A stretch of DNA of 64,000 nucleotides from an uncultured Gammaproteobacteria bacterium (GCA_964415615.1 CAYQAW010000003.1:30788-94787); one strand, 5' to 3'. Positions 17,334 to 27,946 are shown, counted from the first letter of the stretch. Numbers and translations are program-made. The notes: generated by a model not told the origin, from the letters alone.

Positions 17334-18209
17334 ATGGCTTGGCAAAATTGGTTTATTCCTCATAAAGATACTCATAAAAAAGCTCATCTAATTTCTTGGG
17401 AAGGATTGGCTATCTACATCCTTATTTTTATTTTACTTCAGGTTAGTTTTTCAATAATAAGCTATTCCAAACCTGGAGTTTTGGGGATTACTTCAAGCAT
17501 TGATCAGAAAACTCTGATTGAGCTTACAAATTCTGAAAGGCAAAAAATGGGTCTTTCTGCAGTTTCTGAAAATGAAGCTTTAGATAAAGCAGCAGCCCTG
17601 AAAGCTCAAAATATGTTTGCCGAAAATTATTGGGCTCATTTTGCCCCTTCTGGTAAAACTCCCTGGGATTTTATTCTAAGTACAGGTTATAAATTTACTT
17701 TTGCTGGAGAAAATCTGGCAAAAAATTTCTATTCCTCTGATGAGGTAGTTAAAGCCTGGATGGCCTCCCCTACTCACAGGGATAATTTATTAAATCCTAA
17801 GTATAAAGATATAGGGATAGCTGTAGTAGAGGGAGTGTTAAATGGACAAAAAACAACTTTGGTGGTACAGGAATTTGGTACTACTCAAAATTTGGCTGCA
17901 AAACCTGCAGTTGAGGTCCAAGGAAAACAAATAGCAGTACCACAGCAAGATATGGTTAACCCTCCGCAGCTGGTGGAAGGCGCATCGCAGGTTAAAGTAG
18001 ACAATAAAACATTGTTCGATCCATATATAGTATCCAAAGTGGTTGGTTTATCAATAATTGCCTTGATTACAATATTACTGAGTTTTGATATTTGGGTGTT
18101 AAAAAAAAGAGGTGTACTGAGATTATCTTCTCATCATATTGCCCATATGGCCTTACTTTCTCTGGCAGCTGGTAGTATATTTATGTTAGGTCCAGGAACC
18201 ATATTATGA
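17334..18209 (+). CDS. CAP/SCP/PR-1-like (YkwD-type) domain protein flanked by N- and C-terminal TM segments.
   Basis: CAP motifs: LN..R...GL, HF.PSG, GENLA, WM.SPTHRDNLLNPKYKDIGIA. Start placed at the in-frame ATG at 17334, just after the tsaB stop. Confidence 0.65.
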   Translation: MAWQNWFIPHKDTHKKAHLISWEGLAIYILIFILLQVSFSIISYSKPGVLGITSSIDQKTLIELTNSERQKMGLSAVSENEALDKAAALKAQNMFAENYWAHFAPSGKTPWDFILSTGYKFTFAGENLAKNFYSSDEVVKAWMASPTHRDNLLNPKYKDIGIAVVEGVLNGQKTTLVVQEFGTTQNLAAKPAVEVQGKQIAVPQQDMVNPPQLVEGASQVKVDNKTLFDPYIVSKVVGLSIIALITILLSFDIWVLKKRGVLRLSSHHIAHMALLSLAAGSIFMLGPGTIL

Positions 18210-18361
18210 TAATAAAGATTTTAATTATTGGTGCATTAATTTATTTGGTTTGGGCTCTGTTACATCATAAACGCGATAAAAGTTTGACTTTACCTATTTT
18301 ATTGGAGTATCTTTTAACTGCTGCCCTGGCGTTGATACTTATATCAGGAGTAATATATTAA
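18206..18361 (+). CDS. Possible 51-aa small membrane protein (MIIKILIIGALIYLVWALLHHKRDK...).
   Basis: An ORF below the track cutoff that I translated by hand. Two hydrophobic segments. No other support. Confidence 0.2.
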   Translation: MIIKILIIGALIYLVWALLHHKRDKSLTLPILLEYLLTAALALILISGVIY

Positions 18362-18364
18362 AAA

Positions 18365-19096
18365 ATGAAAGGCATAATACTAGCAGGGGGACTGGGGACA
18401 CGTCTTTATCCCCTAACCAAAGTTACAAATAAACATCTTTTACCGGTTTATAACAAACCGATGATTTTCTATCCAATAGAAACACTAGTTAAAGCTGGTA
18501 TTACAGAAGTTATGGTAGTAACAGGTGGACCCCATTGTGGCCACTTTATGTCAATTCTAAAAAACGGTCATGAGCTGGGTATTAAACATTTGGAATATGC
18601 TTATCAGGAAAATGAGGGTGGCATTGCTGGCGCATTATCCTTAGCCAGGGAATTTGCTGAGAATGATAATGTAACAGTAATTTTAGGAGATAATACCTCT
18701 GATGCAGATATCTCCCAAGAAGTTAGGGATTTTAAGGAAGGAGCATTAATTTTCCTTAAAGAGGTGTCTGATCCGGAGCGTTTTGGTATTGCCACATTTG
18801 AACCAGCAAATCAATCAAAAATCATTAAGATTACTGAAAAGCCCCAAAATCCTGATTCTAAATGGGCAGTGACAGGAGTATATATCTATGATAACCAGGT
18901 TTTCGATTTTATTGATCAAATTAAACCTTCAGCAAGAGGGGAGTTGGAAATTACAGATGTTAATAATAAATATGTGGAGAAGGGACAGCTTGCTTGGAGT
19001 GAGCTAAAAGGTTATTGGTGGGATGCTGGCACTTTTGATACACTTTTGGAGGCCAATAACTACTGGGCAAAACAGAGCAAAGGGCAAGATAAGTAA
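18365..19096 (+). CDS. rfbA: Glucose-1-phosphate thymidylyltransferase (short form).
   Basis: GGLGTRLYPLT nucleotidyltransferase motif. First gene of the rmlABCD cluster. Confidence 0.8.
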   Translation: MKGIILAGGLGTRLYPLTKVTNKHLLPVYNKPMIFYPIETLVKAGITEVMVVTGGPHCGHFMSILKNGHELGIKHLEYAYQENEGGIAGALSLAREFAENDNVTVILGDNTSDADISQEVRDFKEGALIFLKEVSDPERFGIATFEPANQSKIIKITEKPQNPDSKWAVTGVYIYDNQVFDFIDQIKPSARGELEITDVNNKYVEKGQLAWSELKGYWWDAGTFDTLLEANNYWAKQSKGQDK

Positions 19097-20101
19097 ATGA
19101 GGATTTTAGTGACAGGTGGAGCTGGATTTATTGGTTCAAACTTCATTCACTACTGGGTAAAATTTCATCCTGAAGATCAGATTATCAATCTTGACGCGCT
19201 AACTTATGCTGGACATTTGGAAAGCCTGAAGGATTTAGAAGACAATCCAAATTATAAATTTATTAAAGGTGATATCACAAACTCAGAAGATGTTAGGAAA
19301 GCAATGGAGGGAACTGATTGTGTTATCCATTTTGCAGCTGAATCTCATGTGGACCGTTCAATTGTTGATCCTTTGCAATTTGTTAAAACTAATGTTTTAG
19401 GGACAGCAGTTCTTTTAAATGCAGCTATGGAGGCAAAAATTAAAAGATTTCATCATGTTTCATCGGATGAAGTATATGGGCAGTTAAAGATAGATGATGA
19501 GCCATTTACAGAAGATACGCCTTATCAGCCACGGACTCCCTACTCTGCCTCAAAAGCAGGGTCAGATCATTTAGTCAGAGCATATTTTGAGACTTATGGT
19601 TTGCCTATTACAATTACCAATTGTGCTAATAACTATGGTCCGTTTCATGATCCCGAAAAGTTAATCCCCAGATTTATTACAAATCTATTAGAAGGTAAAA
19701 AAGTTCCTTTAATGGGGAATGGAGAAAATATTAGGGAATGGTTGCATGCTGAAGATCATGCAGAAGCCATAGATTTTGTTTTGCAAAAAGGTGTAATTGG
19801 AGAAACTTATTTGATAGAGGGGGAAGAAAAATCCAATATGGAAATTACTCAGATGTTACTGCAAATTCTAAATATGGATGAGTCAATGATTGATTTTGTA
19901 GGCCATAGATTAGGGCATGATTTCCGTTATGCTATAAGTGGAAAAAAGCTTAAAGCTTTAGGTTGGATCAGAAAACACAGCTTAAAGGAAGATTTACCAA
20001 AAATTGTGGAGTGGTATAAACAAAACGGGTGGTGGTGGAAACCTTTACAAGAGGGGAGACCAAATATAGACAGAGTAGCCCAAAAATCATATGGAAAATA
20101 A
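19097..20101 (+). CDS. rfbB: dTDP-glucose 4,6-dehydratase.
   Basis: ILVTGGAGFIGSNF, the YxxxK catalytic pattern (YSASKAG), and length. Confidence 0.9.
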   Translation: MRILVTGGAGFIGSNFIHYWVKFHPEDQIINLDALTYAGHLESLKDLEDNPNYKFIKGDITNSEDVRKAMEGTDCVIHFAAESHVDRSIVDPLQFVKTNVLGTAVLLNAAMEAKIKRFHHVSSDEVYGQLKIDDEPFTEDTPYQPRTPYSASKAGSDHLVRAYFETYGLPITITNCANNYGPFHDPEKLIPRFITNLLEGKKVPLMGNGENIREWLHAEDHAEAIDFVLQKGVIGETYLIEGEEKSNMEITQMLLQILNMDESMIDFVGHRLGHDFRYAISGKKLKALGWIRKHSLKEDLPKIVEWYKQNGWWWKPLQEGRPNIDRVAQKSYGK

Positions 20102-20645
20102 TAATTATATAAAAACTACTTCTATCTCTGGACTTCTAATTTTAGAAAGACCAATATTTTCAGATGAACGTGGTTTTTTTAGAGAATTGTTCCATAAAGA
20201 TGAATTGGAAAAAACTGCTGGTTTAAAATTTGATGGAGTACAGATGAATCACTCTCATTCTGTACCCGGGGTTATAAGGGGGATACATGCAGAGAAGTGG
20301 AATAAAATTATTTATCCGGTTTGCGGAGAAGTTTTTATAGCAATTGTTGATATCAGGCCAGATTCCCTAACTTTTGGCAAAGTAGAGACTTTTAATGTAA
20401 ATGATAATAATAGGATTGGGCTTTTTATTCCGAATGGGCTGGCTAACTCGCTGTGTGTAACAGGAGAAAAGCCGGCGGATTATATTTATTTAGTAGATAC
20501 TTACTATGATGGTTCAGATACCAGAGCTATTGCCTGGGATGATCCTGATTTAAATATCAGCTGGCCTGCTCCAAATCCAATTATTTCCCAAAGAGACAGC
20601 AATAATCCTAAATTAAGGGAATTGTTTCCGGAGAAGTTTAAGTAA
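20091..20645 (+). CDS. rfbC: dTDP-4-dehydrorhamnose 3,5-epimerase.
   Basis: RmlC cupin pattern FSDERGFFRELF...RGIHAEKW. ~184 aa. Confidence 0.85.
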   Translation: MENNNYIKTTSISGLLILERPIFSDERGFFRELFHKDELEKTAGLKFDGVQMNHSHSVPGVIRGIHAEKWNKIIYPVCGEVFIAIVDIRPDSLTFGKVETFNVNDNNRIGLFIPNGLANSLCVTGEKPADYIYLVDTYYDGSDTRAIAWDDPDLNISWPAPNPIISQRDSNNPKLRELFPEKFK

Positions 20646-21529
20646 TGAAGAGAATATTGGTATTTGGTGGCAGCGGTTTAGTGGGTTCTAATTTTATTAA
20701 TTTATATTCAAAAAACTTTGAAATTAGTGCTCCGGATGCTTCCTCAGTAGACATATTAAATAAGGATCAAGTTGCAAAAGTAACTCAAGAATTTAATCCA
20801 GATGTGGTTGTAAATTTTGCCGCATATACCCAAGTTGAAAAAGCTGAAAGCCAAAAAGACGATAAGAATGGAATCTGCTATTTATTAAACGCGATTGGCG
20901 CAAAAAATGTTGCAGAAGTTGTTAAGGAATTTGATAAAAAATTAATTCATATTTCCACAGACTATGTTTTTGATGGGACAAAAGAGGAGGGTTCCTATAC
21001 AGAAAATGACAAACCTAATCCAATTAATTGGTACGGACAAACTAAATATTTTGGGGAGCAGTTTGTTTTAGAAAGTGGTTGTAAATTTACTATAGTTAGA
21101 ATTAGTATGCCTTTTAGCCCATTTTATGAGTTAAAGAAAGATGTGGCTAGATTTTTTCTTGATCAATTAAGAAATGGTAATCAAATTAGGGCAATTGAAG
21201 ATCAAAGAATAACACCAACCTTAGTTTCAGATATTGCTGTGGCTTTAAAGACGATAATTGAATCAGATGTTACTGGACTTTATCATGTCAGTAGTACAGA
21301 TAATGTGACACCATTGGAATTTGCTAAAACTATTGCTGAAGTTTTTAAATTAAACTATTCACTCATAAATCCAATTAGTTTTGATGAATATAATAAAACC
21401 AAGACGGTAAAGATGTTGAAATTTTCCTGGCTAAATCCTGCAAAATTTGAGCAAGAATTTGGAGAAGGAATATTACATACAGTTGAAGAAGGTATAGCTT
21501 TTTTAAAAAAAGCTGTTGACCCCGATTAA
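20645..21529 (+). CDS. rfbD: dTDP-4-dehydrorhamnose reductase.
   Basis: ILVFGGSGLVGSNF Rossmann motif, RmlD length, and position after rfbC. Confidence 0.8.
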   Translation: MKRILVFGGSGLVGSNFINLYSKNFEISAPDASSVDILNKDQVAKVTQEFNPDVVVNFAAYTQVEKAESQKDDKNGICYLLNAIGAKNVAEVVKEFDKKLIHISTDYVFDGTKEEGSYTENDKPNPINWYGQTKYFGEQFVLESGCKFTIVRISMPFSPFYELKKDVARFFLDQLRNGNQIRAIEDQRITPTLVSDIAVALKTIIESDVTGLYHVSSTDNVTPLEFAKTIAEVFKLNYSLINPISFDEYNKTKTVKMLKFSWLNPAKFEQEFGEGILHTVEEGIAFLKKAVDPD

Positions 21530-21575
21530 ATCGGGGTTGACTCAAAGACTAGAGATCAGATATAGTAGACAAAAT

Positions 21576-22592
21576 ATGGCACAAAGCAAAAAAGCTTTTA
21601 TAACTGGTATTACTGGACAGGATGGTTCATACCTTAGTGAACTTCTTTTGGATAAGGGATATGAAGTTGCGGGATTAGTCCGAAGAAATGCAGGTTTAGA
21701 TTTTGGTAATATTAACGAGCTTAAAGATGAGATAAAAATTTATTATGGGGATTTACATTCACCAGAATCTATTGCTTTAGCTCTTTTGGATTTTAAACCA
21801 GATGAAATTTACAACCTGGCTTCTTTATCTTCACCATTAGGATCATTTAGTGATAAGTTAGGAGCAATTACTGTAACAGGAATGGGAGCGCTACATGTTT
21901 TTGAGAGAGCCAAACAGATTGTACCTGATGCAAGAATTTATCAAGCATCAACATCAGAAATGTTTGGTGCCCCTAAACAAGTTCCTCAAAATGAAGAAAC
22001 TTGTTTGGCTCCAGCAAATCCTTATGCAGCAGCTAAAGAATTTGCACATAGAATGGCTATGATAGCCAGAAATGATAGCAAACAGCCCCAATTTATTTCC
22101 TGCGGAATTCTTTTTAATCATGAAAGCCCCAGACGTGGTTTGAATTTTGTCACCAGAAAAATTACTGCTGCTGTTGCTTGTATTAAAAACGGCAGGAAAG
22201 AGGGAATACCTTTGAACGAGATAGGTGAACCGATCGTCAAAAATGGAAAACTGAAATTAGGGGATCTTGAGGCAAAGAGGGATTGGGGATATGCCCCGGA
22301 TTATGTTGAACTGATGTGGATTATATTACAGCACGAAAAGGCAGATGATTTTGTAGCTGCCACAGGAGAGGTTCATACTGTTGAGGAGTTTGCGAAGGAG
22401 GCCTTTGAGGTAGTAGGTTTGGACTTCAAAGATTATGTAGAAACTGATTTACACTTTGTCCCTCCAGTTCAAACTGGACCTCTTTGTGGAGATGCTGCAA
22501 AAGCCAAGAAAATTTTGGGCTGGGAGCCAAAGACAAAATTTAAGGACTTGGTAAAAATTATGGTTCATGCCGACCTTGCTAAGTTCTCCTGA
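21576..22592 (+). CDS. gmd: GDP-mannose 4,6-dehydratase.
   Basis: KAFITGITGQDGSYLSELLL GMD N-terminal signature. Start set at the in-frame ATG at 21576. Confidence 0.85.
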   Translation: MAQSKKAFITGITGQDGSYLSELLLDKGYEVAGLVRRNAGLDFGNINELKDEIKIYYGDLHSPESIALALLDFKPDEIYNLASLSSPLGSFSDKLGAITVTGMGALHVFERAKQIVPDARIYQASTSEMFGAPKQVPQNEETCLAPANPYAAAKEFAHRMAMIARNDSKQPQFISCGILFNHESPRRGLNFVTRKITAAVACIKNGRKEGIPLNEIGEPIVKNGKLKLGDLEAKRDWGYAPDYVELMWIILQHEKADDFVAATGEVHTVEEFAKEAFEVVGLDFKDYVETDLHFVPPVQTGPLCGDAAKAKKILGWEPKTKFKDLVKIMVHADLAKFS

Positions 22593-23779
22593 TGAAAAAG
22601 ATTGTCAGTGTTGTTCTCCCCACTTATAACGAAAAAGCCAATATAGAAGGTACTGTCAAGAAAGTTTTAGAACAGGAAAAATATCTTCCAGGTTATGAAA
22701 TGAATATCATCATAGCAGATGATGTTAGATCTTCTGACGGGACAGAACAAATATCTAAAGAATTAGTCAAAAAAAATAAAAAAGTACATTTTATAAAAGT
22801 TGAACCTGGCTTAGGAGTTGGACTGATCAAAGGTCATCAATACGCTTGTACTCATTTGCATCCAGATATTTTGGCTCAAATTGATGCAGATGGTCAGGTA
22901 GAGGCAGATGTGTTAGTCAGACTTGTTAAAACGATTGAACAAGGATATACCCTGGCAATAGGCTCAAGATTTATTAGTGGGGGTAAAAATAAATTATCTT
23001 TAATGAGGAAATTATTCAGTTATGGAGCTTCGCTGTTTTGCAGGTTGTTGGTAGGACCTTGGGATATTGCCGAAGTAACTAATTCTGCCAGGGCATTTAC
23101 GCCTGCTCTTTTTCAAAAAATAAATTTAGAAAGACTACCTTGGAGAGAAAGAACTTTTATTATCCAACCAGCTTTTTTACATGAAGCAATTTTGGCGGGT
23201 GCAAAATATAAAGAAGTACCATTAGTTTTTAAAAACCGTTTGGAGGGATATTCTAAGAATAAAGTTTTCAACTACACATATGATGTTATTGCCTATGGGT
23301 TGGATGTTAGGCTGCATTCGCTGGGGTTAAACATACCTTTTTATAGATTATTAAAAAGAGCTAAAACTCTGGTTAAGTTTTCTTTAGTTGGAGTTATCGG
23401 AACAATAATAGACTTTTTTTTCTATAAAATTTTTATTAATCATTTTGGTATGCCTCCAGCAACATCAAAGGGGTTTTCTACAGAGATAGCAATTATCAAT
23501 AATTTTATTTTGAATAATTACTGGACATTCAGATACAGGAAAACAAAAACAAACATTTGGCAAAAACTTGGGATATTTAATTTGGTAAGTTTGGGAGGAC
23601 TCGTAATAGGTGTTTTGATAGTTAAATTTTTGCACATAGCTTATGGAGATGGATTTGTGAATTTATTCGGTCGTTCTATTGCCTATAATAATTTTTACTT
23701 TTTCGCCACTATCCCTCCAGTTATGCTTTGGAATTTTACCGTTAATCATTTTATTACTTGGAGACACGAGAAGGATTAA
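22592..23779 (+). CDS. GT2 polyprenyl-phosphate glycosyltransferase (GtrB/DPM1-like) fused to a GtrA-like C-terminal membrane domain.
   Basis: N-terminal VVLPTYNEKANI...DDGSSDGT GT2 motifs. The C-terminal four TMs (FSLVGVIGTIIDFFFYKIF...NNFILNNYWTFRYR) match the GtrA family. Confidence 0.7.
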   Translation: MKKIVSVVLPTYNEKANIEGTVKKVLEQEKYLPGYEMNIIIADDVRSSDGTEQISKELVKKNKKVHFIKVEPGLGVGLIKGHQYACTHLHPDILAQIDADGQVEADVLVRLVKTIEQGYTLAIGSRFISGGKNKLSLMRKLFSYGASLFCRLLVGPWDIAEVTNSARAFTPALFQKINLERLPWRERTFIIQPAFLHEAILAGAKYKEVPLVFKNRLEGYSKNKVFNYTYDVIAYGLDVRLHSLGLNIPFYRLLKRAKTLVKFSLVGVIGTIIDFFFYKIFINHFGMPPATSKGFSTEIAIINNFILNNYWTFRYRKTKTNIWQKLGIFNLVSLGGLVIGVLIVKFLHIAYGDGFVNLFGRSIAYNNFYFFATIPPVMLWNFTVNHFITWRHEKD

Positions 23780-24921
23780 TTAAATGGTAATAGGTTAGGA
23801 ATTGGGGCGACATTAGCAAGTAGAAAATTTTGAGCATATAAATATATTGCCAAAAGTAATATTGGTAGTATTATTTTAAATTCACGGCTGGTTAAGACTT
23901 TTTCAAATGCTATCAAAATAAATGGGGCAACAGGTAGCAGGTAACGGCTAATATCCCGATGGGCAACTAAAGAAGCAGCAGCCAGATAAGTTAATACAAA
24001 AAATGCCAAAGGATATAATTTTTGTTTTAGAAGCATAATTCCTCCCAAAAATCCTAATATAAATATATAGATAATATCTTCTAGCCAAATGTCTCCTACC
24101 CAAAACTGATGTTTGTTAAAAACCTGAAAAGGGGGAAATGCTAAATGGATATTATCCCCGCTATGAAAATAAGCCCAGAAATCCCCGAATGTTTGACTAT
24201 ATAAATAAAAAACTCCTAAGAGACCTAAAGGTATCAAAAATAATGGTAAATATTTATGAAATGTTCTTAGAAAATGAAATTTATACAGCCAAATAAGATA
24301 AAACAACAGTGCAATAAAAAGTAGAATACCGGGGGGTCTTGTAATTTGTGCAAGTAATCCCCATATTCCTGTCAGCAGCAAATCTGATATTTTTCCTGAC
24401 TGCTCAAATTTCATAAAGAAATAAATAGCAGCAATGATGAAAAAAATAAACAGAGGTTCTGAGGCTCCAACGCTGTGTACTACTGTCCATCTTGCTGGAA
24501 GGATTAAGAATATAAAACTTAAAAATAATGGATGGGCACTAAGTTTGAAATCCTTTACTAGCAAATAGAAGGCCCATGCAGCAAGTGTTGTAGAGAAGAT
24601 TGAGACAAGAAGCATCGATTTTAAATATCCAACAATTGGAGCAAAAATTGAGATCAAGATAGCATATCCGGGAAAATGAGAAGCAAAATAATTGGCAGGC
24701 AATGATTGACTCAAAGCTGCAATAGCGCTTGGATTATACAAAGTTTTGGCTATAATGACGTATTCTAATCCGTCAAAATTTCTATAAATAGTTGAAAATC
24801 CTTCTTTGAAAGATAAGCCCCAAAAATTTGGCTGGACTAAAATATGAGGTAGCCATACGATGAAGGTAATAGTTAAAACCAAGATGGTTAAAATACTTAA
24901 ATCTTTGAATTTATTGTTCAC
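23776..24921 (-). CDS. Polytopic membrane protein, putative GT-C-type glycosyltransferase.
   Basis: ~10 TM helices with no soluble domain. Sits within the glycosylation cluster. Confidence 0.4.
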   Translation of the reverse strand: MNNKFKDLSILTILVLTITFIVWLPHILVQPNFWGLSFKEGFSTIYRNFDGLEYVIIAKTLYNPSAIAALSQSLPANYFASHFPGYAILISIFAPIVGYLKSMLLVSIFSTTLAAWAFYLLVKDFKLSAHPLFLSFIFLILPARWTVVHSVGASEPLFIFFIIAAIYFFMKFEQSGKISDLLLTGIWGLLAQITRPPGILLFIALLFYLIWLYKFHFLRTFHKYLPLFLIPLGLLGVFYLYSQTFGDFWAYFHSGDNIHLAFPPFQVFNKHQFWVGDIWLEDIIYIFILGFLGGIMLLKQKLYPLAFFVLTYLAAASLVAHRDISRYLLPVAPFILIAFEKVLTSREFKIILPILLLAIYLYAQNFLLANVAPIPNLLPFN

Positions 24922-24947
24922 TAGTTTATTATATACTTAAACTTTAA

Positions 24948-27113
24948 ATGATTAACAACCTATCAGTTTTTTTCCCATGTATTAATGAAGAAGGAAATAT
25001 TGAAAATACTGTTTCCAAAGCTGAAGAAGTACTAGAAAAACTTAAACTTAAATATGAAATTATTATTGTTGATGACGGGTCAACAGATAATACTGCTAAG
25101 ATAGCAGATAGATTATCTGAGAAAAACCAAAATGTGCGGGTGATACATCATCAGAAGAATCTAGGGTACGGAGAAGCACTAAAATCTGGATTTTATAATG
25201 CCCGATATGAAACTATTGTTTATACAGACGGAGATGGTCAATTTGATTTCTCAGAAGTTACGAGGTTTTTAGAAAAAATTATAGATCATGATTTAGTTAT
25301 TGGCTACAGGATAAAGAGGAAAGATTCTATTTTAAGGAGACTGTTTGGTAAAGGATGGAGAATGACTTTATTTTTCTTTTTTGGCTTAAGACTTAAAGAT
25401 GTAGATTGTGGTTTTAAGATGGTTCGTAAAAAAGTATTGGAAAAGATCCCGCATTTGCAGTCTCAAAGAGGAGCAATGATAAATGCTGAGCTGGTAATTA
25501 AAGCTAAAAAATATGGTTTCAAAGAAGGTCAAGTAGGAGTCAACCATTATCAAAGATTATCAGGTAAACCAACTGGAGCCAATATCAGTGTAATTATTAA
25601 ATCTTATTTAGATCTTATTAAGCTGTGGTGGAAATTAAAGGATGAAAAATTATTATTTATTGTTTTAGTTTTTATTCTATCCTTAGCATCTTTTTTGCGG
25701 TTTTACAAAATCCCGGAGTATATGACTTTTTTGGGTGATGAGGGACGCGATGCGATTATTATTAAAAATATATTAGTAAATCACCACATTCCTTTAATTG
25801 GTCCGCCTACTTCGGTGGGTAATATTTATCTTGGTCCCTTGTATTACTATATGATGGCTGTTTCAATGGGGGTTTTCTGGTTAAACCCTGTAGCAGCAGC
25901 TGGGATGAATGCCATATTTGGGATTGCCACAATAATTATGATTTATCATCTTGGGAAACAATGGTTTGGAAAACATGCAGGTTTGCTGGCAGCTTATTTG
26001 TATGCTATATCACCTGTTACTATTACTGCCTCCAGGTCTTCCTGGAATCCTAATCCAGCCCCCTTTTTTGCGCTAGTTAGTGTATTTAGCTTATATAAGC
26101 TGCATCGGACAGGTAATTTTTTATATCTTATTCTGACTGGTTTAGCAGTAGGAGCAGCTTTGCAGATGCACTATTTGGCAGCTATCTTAATACCTATTAT
26201 GGTCATACTTTGGTTTTATGAAATAGTTTTCAGGAAGTCTAATAAATTGCAAGTAAGAAAAATGTTTAGTGGAACTTTGCTGGGGATAATCTCTTTTATA
26301 TTTGTTATGTCACCGCTTGTTTGGTTTGACTTAAGGCATAACTTTTTAAATTACAGGGCGGTAACAGAGTTATTAAGTGAAGGCAGTTCTGTCAAAAGTG
26401 ATATTTTTGCAAATTTTGCAAGAATGCCTGCTCTGTTTTCATATAATTTGATAGGCAGGTATATTACAGCAGAAAATATTTTTTTGATAATAATTATATC
26501 TTTGGTGGTTTTGCTTGGAATTATATACAAATTTTCATGGCCCAAATTGGCTTTAGGAGTTTGGTTGATAGTTGGACTGCTTGGTTTGACCTTTTATCAG
26601 CAGAGTATATATGATCATTATTTAGGATTTTTAAATCCTGCGCCATTTTTACTTTTAGGATCAATGATGTTTTTTGTCTCTGCTGTGCCGAATAAAATAA
26701 AGTGGTTAATAAATAGTACAATAGTAATATTATTAATCATTTTGACTTTTGTGAACCTGCAAAGGAATCCGCTTATGCATTCTCCAAATAATCAGCTACA
26801 AAGAACACAGAAAATTGCTAAATTTATTATTAATCAGTCAGAAAGTAAACCTTTCAATTTTGCTTTACTTGCTGCAAGAAATTATGATTCAGCATATCAA
26901 TTTTACTTAGATTTATACGGACATAAACCTTTACAAGTACCATTTGATATTACAGATCAATTATTTGTTGTTTGTGAGGATGAGATTTGCCAGCCAATTA
27001 ATAATCCAAAATACGAGATTGCTGGCTTTGGTTGGGCTAAAATAATAAGTGAGCAAGAAATTTGGGGAGTAAAGGTTTTTAAGTTAGTTCATAATCCATC
27101 AGGTAAACCATGA
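24948..27113 (+). CDS. Fusion of an N-terminal GT2 (dolichyl/undecaprenyl-phosphate sugar synthase-like) to a C-terminal GT-C family-D membrane domain.
   Basis: First ~230 aa: VFFPCINEEGNI...IIVDDGSTDNT...YTDGDGQFD. The remainder, LGDEGRDAIIIKNILVNHHIPLIGPPTSVGNIYLGPLYYY, matches family D. Confidence 0.7.
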   Translation: MINNLSVFFPCINEEGNIENTVSKAEEVLEKLKLKYEIIIVDDGSTDNTAKIADRLSEKNQNVRVIHHQKNLGYGEALKSGFYNARYETIVYTDGDGQFDFSEVTRFLEKIIDHDLVIGYRIKRKDSILRRLFGKGWRMTLFFFFGLRLKDVDCGFKMVRKKVLEKIPHLQSQRGAMINAELVIKAKKYGFKEGQVGVNHYQRLSGKPTGANISVIIKSYLDLIKLWWKLKDEKLLFIVLVFILSLASFLRFYKIPEYMTFLGDEGRDAIIIKNILVNHHIPLIGPPTSVGNIYLGPLYYYMMAVSMGVFWLNPVAAAGMNAIFGIATIIMIYHLGKQWFGKHAGLLAAYLYAISPVTITASRSSWNPNPAPFFALVSVFSLYKLHRTGNFLYLILTGLAVGAALQMHYLAAILIPIMVILWFYEIVFRKSNKLQVRKMFSGTLLGIISFIFVMSPLVWFDLRHNFLNYRAVTELLSEGSSVKSDIFANFARMPALFSYNLIGRYITAENIFLIIIISLVVLLGIIYKFSWPKLALGVWLIVGLLGLTFYQQSIYDHYLGFLNPAPFLLLGSMMFFVSAVPNKIKWLINSTIVILLIILTFVNLQRNPLMHSPNNQLQRTQKIAKFIINQSESKPFNFALLAARNYDSAYQFYLDLYGHKPLQVPFDITDQLFVVCEDEICQPINNPKYEIAGFGWAKIISEQEIWGVKVFKLVHNPSGKP

Positions 27114-27847
27114 AAAAGATATCTATTATTATTCCTGCATATAATGAAGAGAAGAATCTGAAACGGGGGGTACTTCCGGAAGTTGGAAATTATTTAGAAC
27201 AATTAAAAATTGATTATGAAGTAATTATTGTAGATGATGGATCTTCAGATGCCTCAGTTGAGATAATAAAAAAATATATTTCCAAAAACAAAAATTTTAG
27301 ATTAATTCAAAATAAACATGGTGGAAAAGCTATAGCTGTGACGACTGGAATGATGGCAGGCGGGGGAGAAATTATTCTGTTTACTGATATGGATCAGGCA
27401 ACACCTATCAGTCAAGTTGAAAAATTTATGCCAAAGTTCGAGGAAGGATATGAGATAGTAATTGGTTCAAGGCATGGTAGGCAAGGAGCGCCTGCTGTTA
27501 GAAAATTATCAGCCTGGGGGTTTTCTGTACTTCGGGGATTAATTTTGGGATTACCCTTTAAAGACACACAATGTGGTTTTAAAGCGTTTAGTAAGGCTTC
27601 TGTTGATAAAATTATTCCTAAAATAAAAAATGAATGGGGAATATTGCATTTTAGCGGAGGGGCAGTTAACGCCGGATTCGATGTGGAGCTTTTATATTTG
27701 GCTAAAAAATACGGTTTCAAAATTGCTGAGGTAGGGGTGGAGTGGAAATATGTAGATACTGAGAGAGTGCAAGTTATCAAAGATGCACTTGCTGCAGTCT
27801 ACGACATGTTTAGAATCAGATGGAATGATTTAAAAGGGAAATACTAA
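27110..27847 (+). CDS. GT2 glycosyltransferase (DPM1/GtrB-like, soluble catalytic domain).
   Basis: IIIPAYNEEKNL, IIVDDGSSDAS, TDMDQATP. Confidence 0.8.
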   Translation: MKKISIIIPAYNEEKNLKRGVLPEVGNYLEQLKIDYEVIIVDDGSSDASVEIIKKYISKNKNFRLIQNKHGGKAIAVTTGMMAGGGEIILFTDMDQATPISQVEKFMPKFEEGYEIVIGSRHGRQGAPAVRKLSAWGFSVLRGLILGLPFKDTQCGFKAFSKASVDKIIPKIKNEWGILHFSGGAVNAGFDVELLYLAKKYGFKIAEVGVEWKYVDTERVQVIKDALAAVYDMFRIRWNDLKGKY

Positions 27848-27946
27848 GCTATGAATAATTCCGTTTTCACTTCAGTAATAGATGTAGTATATGAGGCAGG
27901 ATAAAGACTAAAGAAGCACCTTCTAGCAGAGGAAAAAATTACTGGA

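Noticed and set aside
18284-18313. A possible TTGACT...TATCTT promoter upstream of rfbA.
   Set aside because: The -10 match is poor and the spacing is ambiguous (17-18 bp). In an AT-rich genome such matches are frequent, so I did not report it as a feature.
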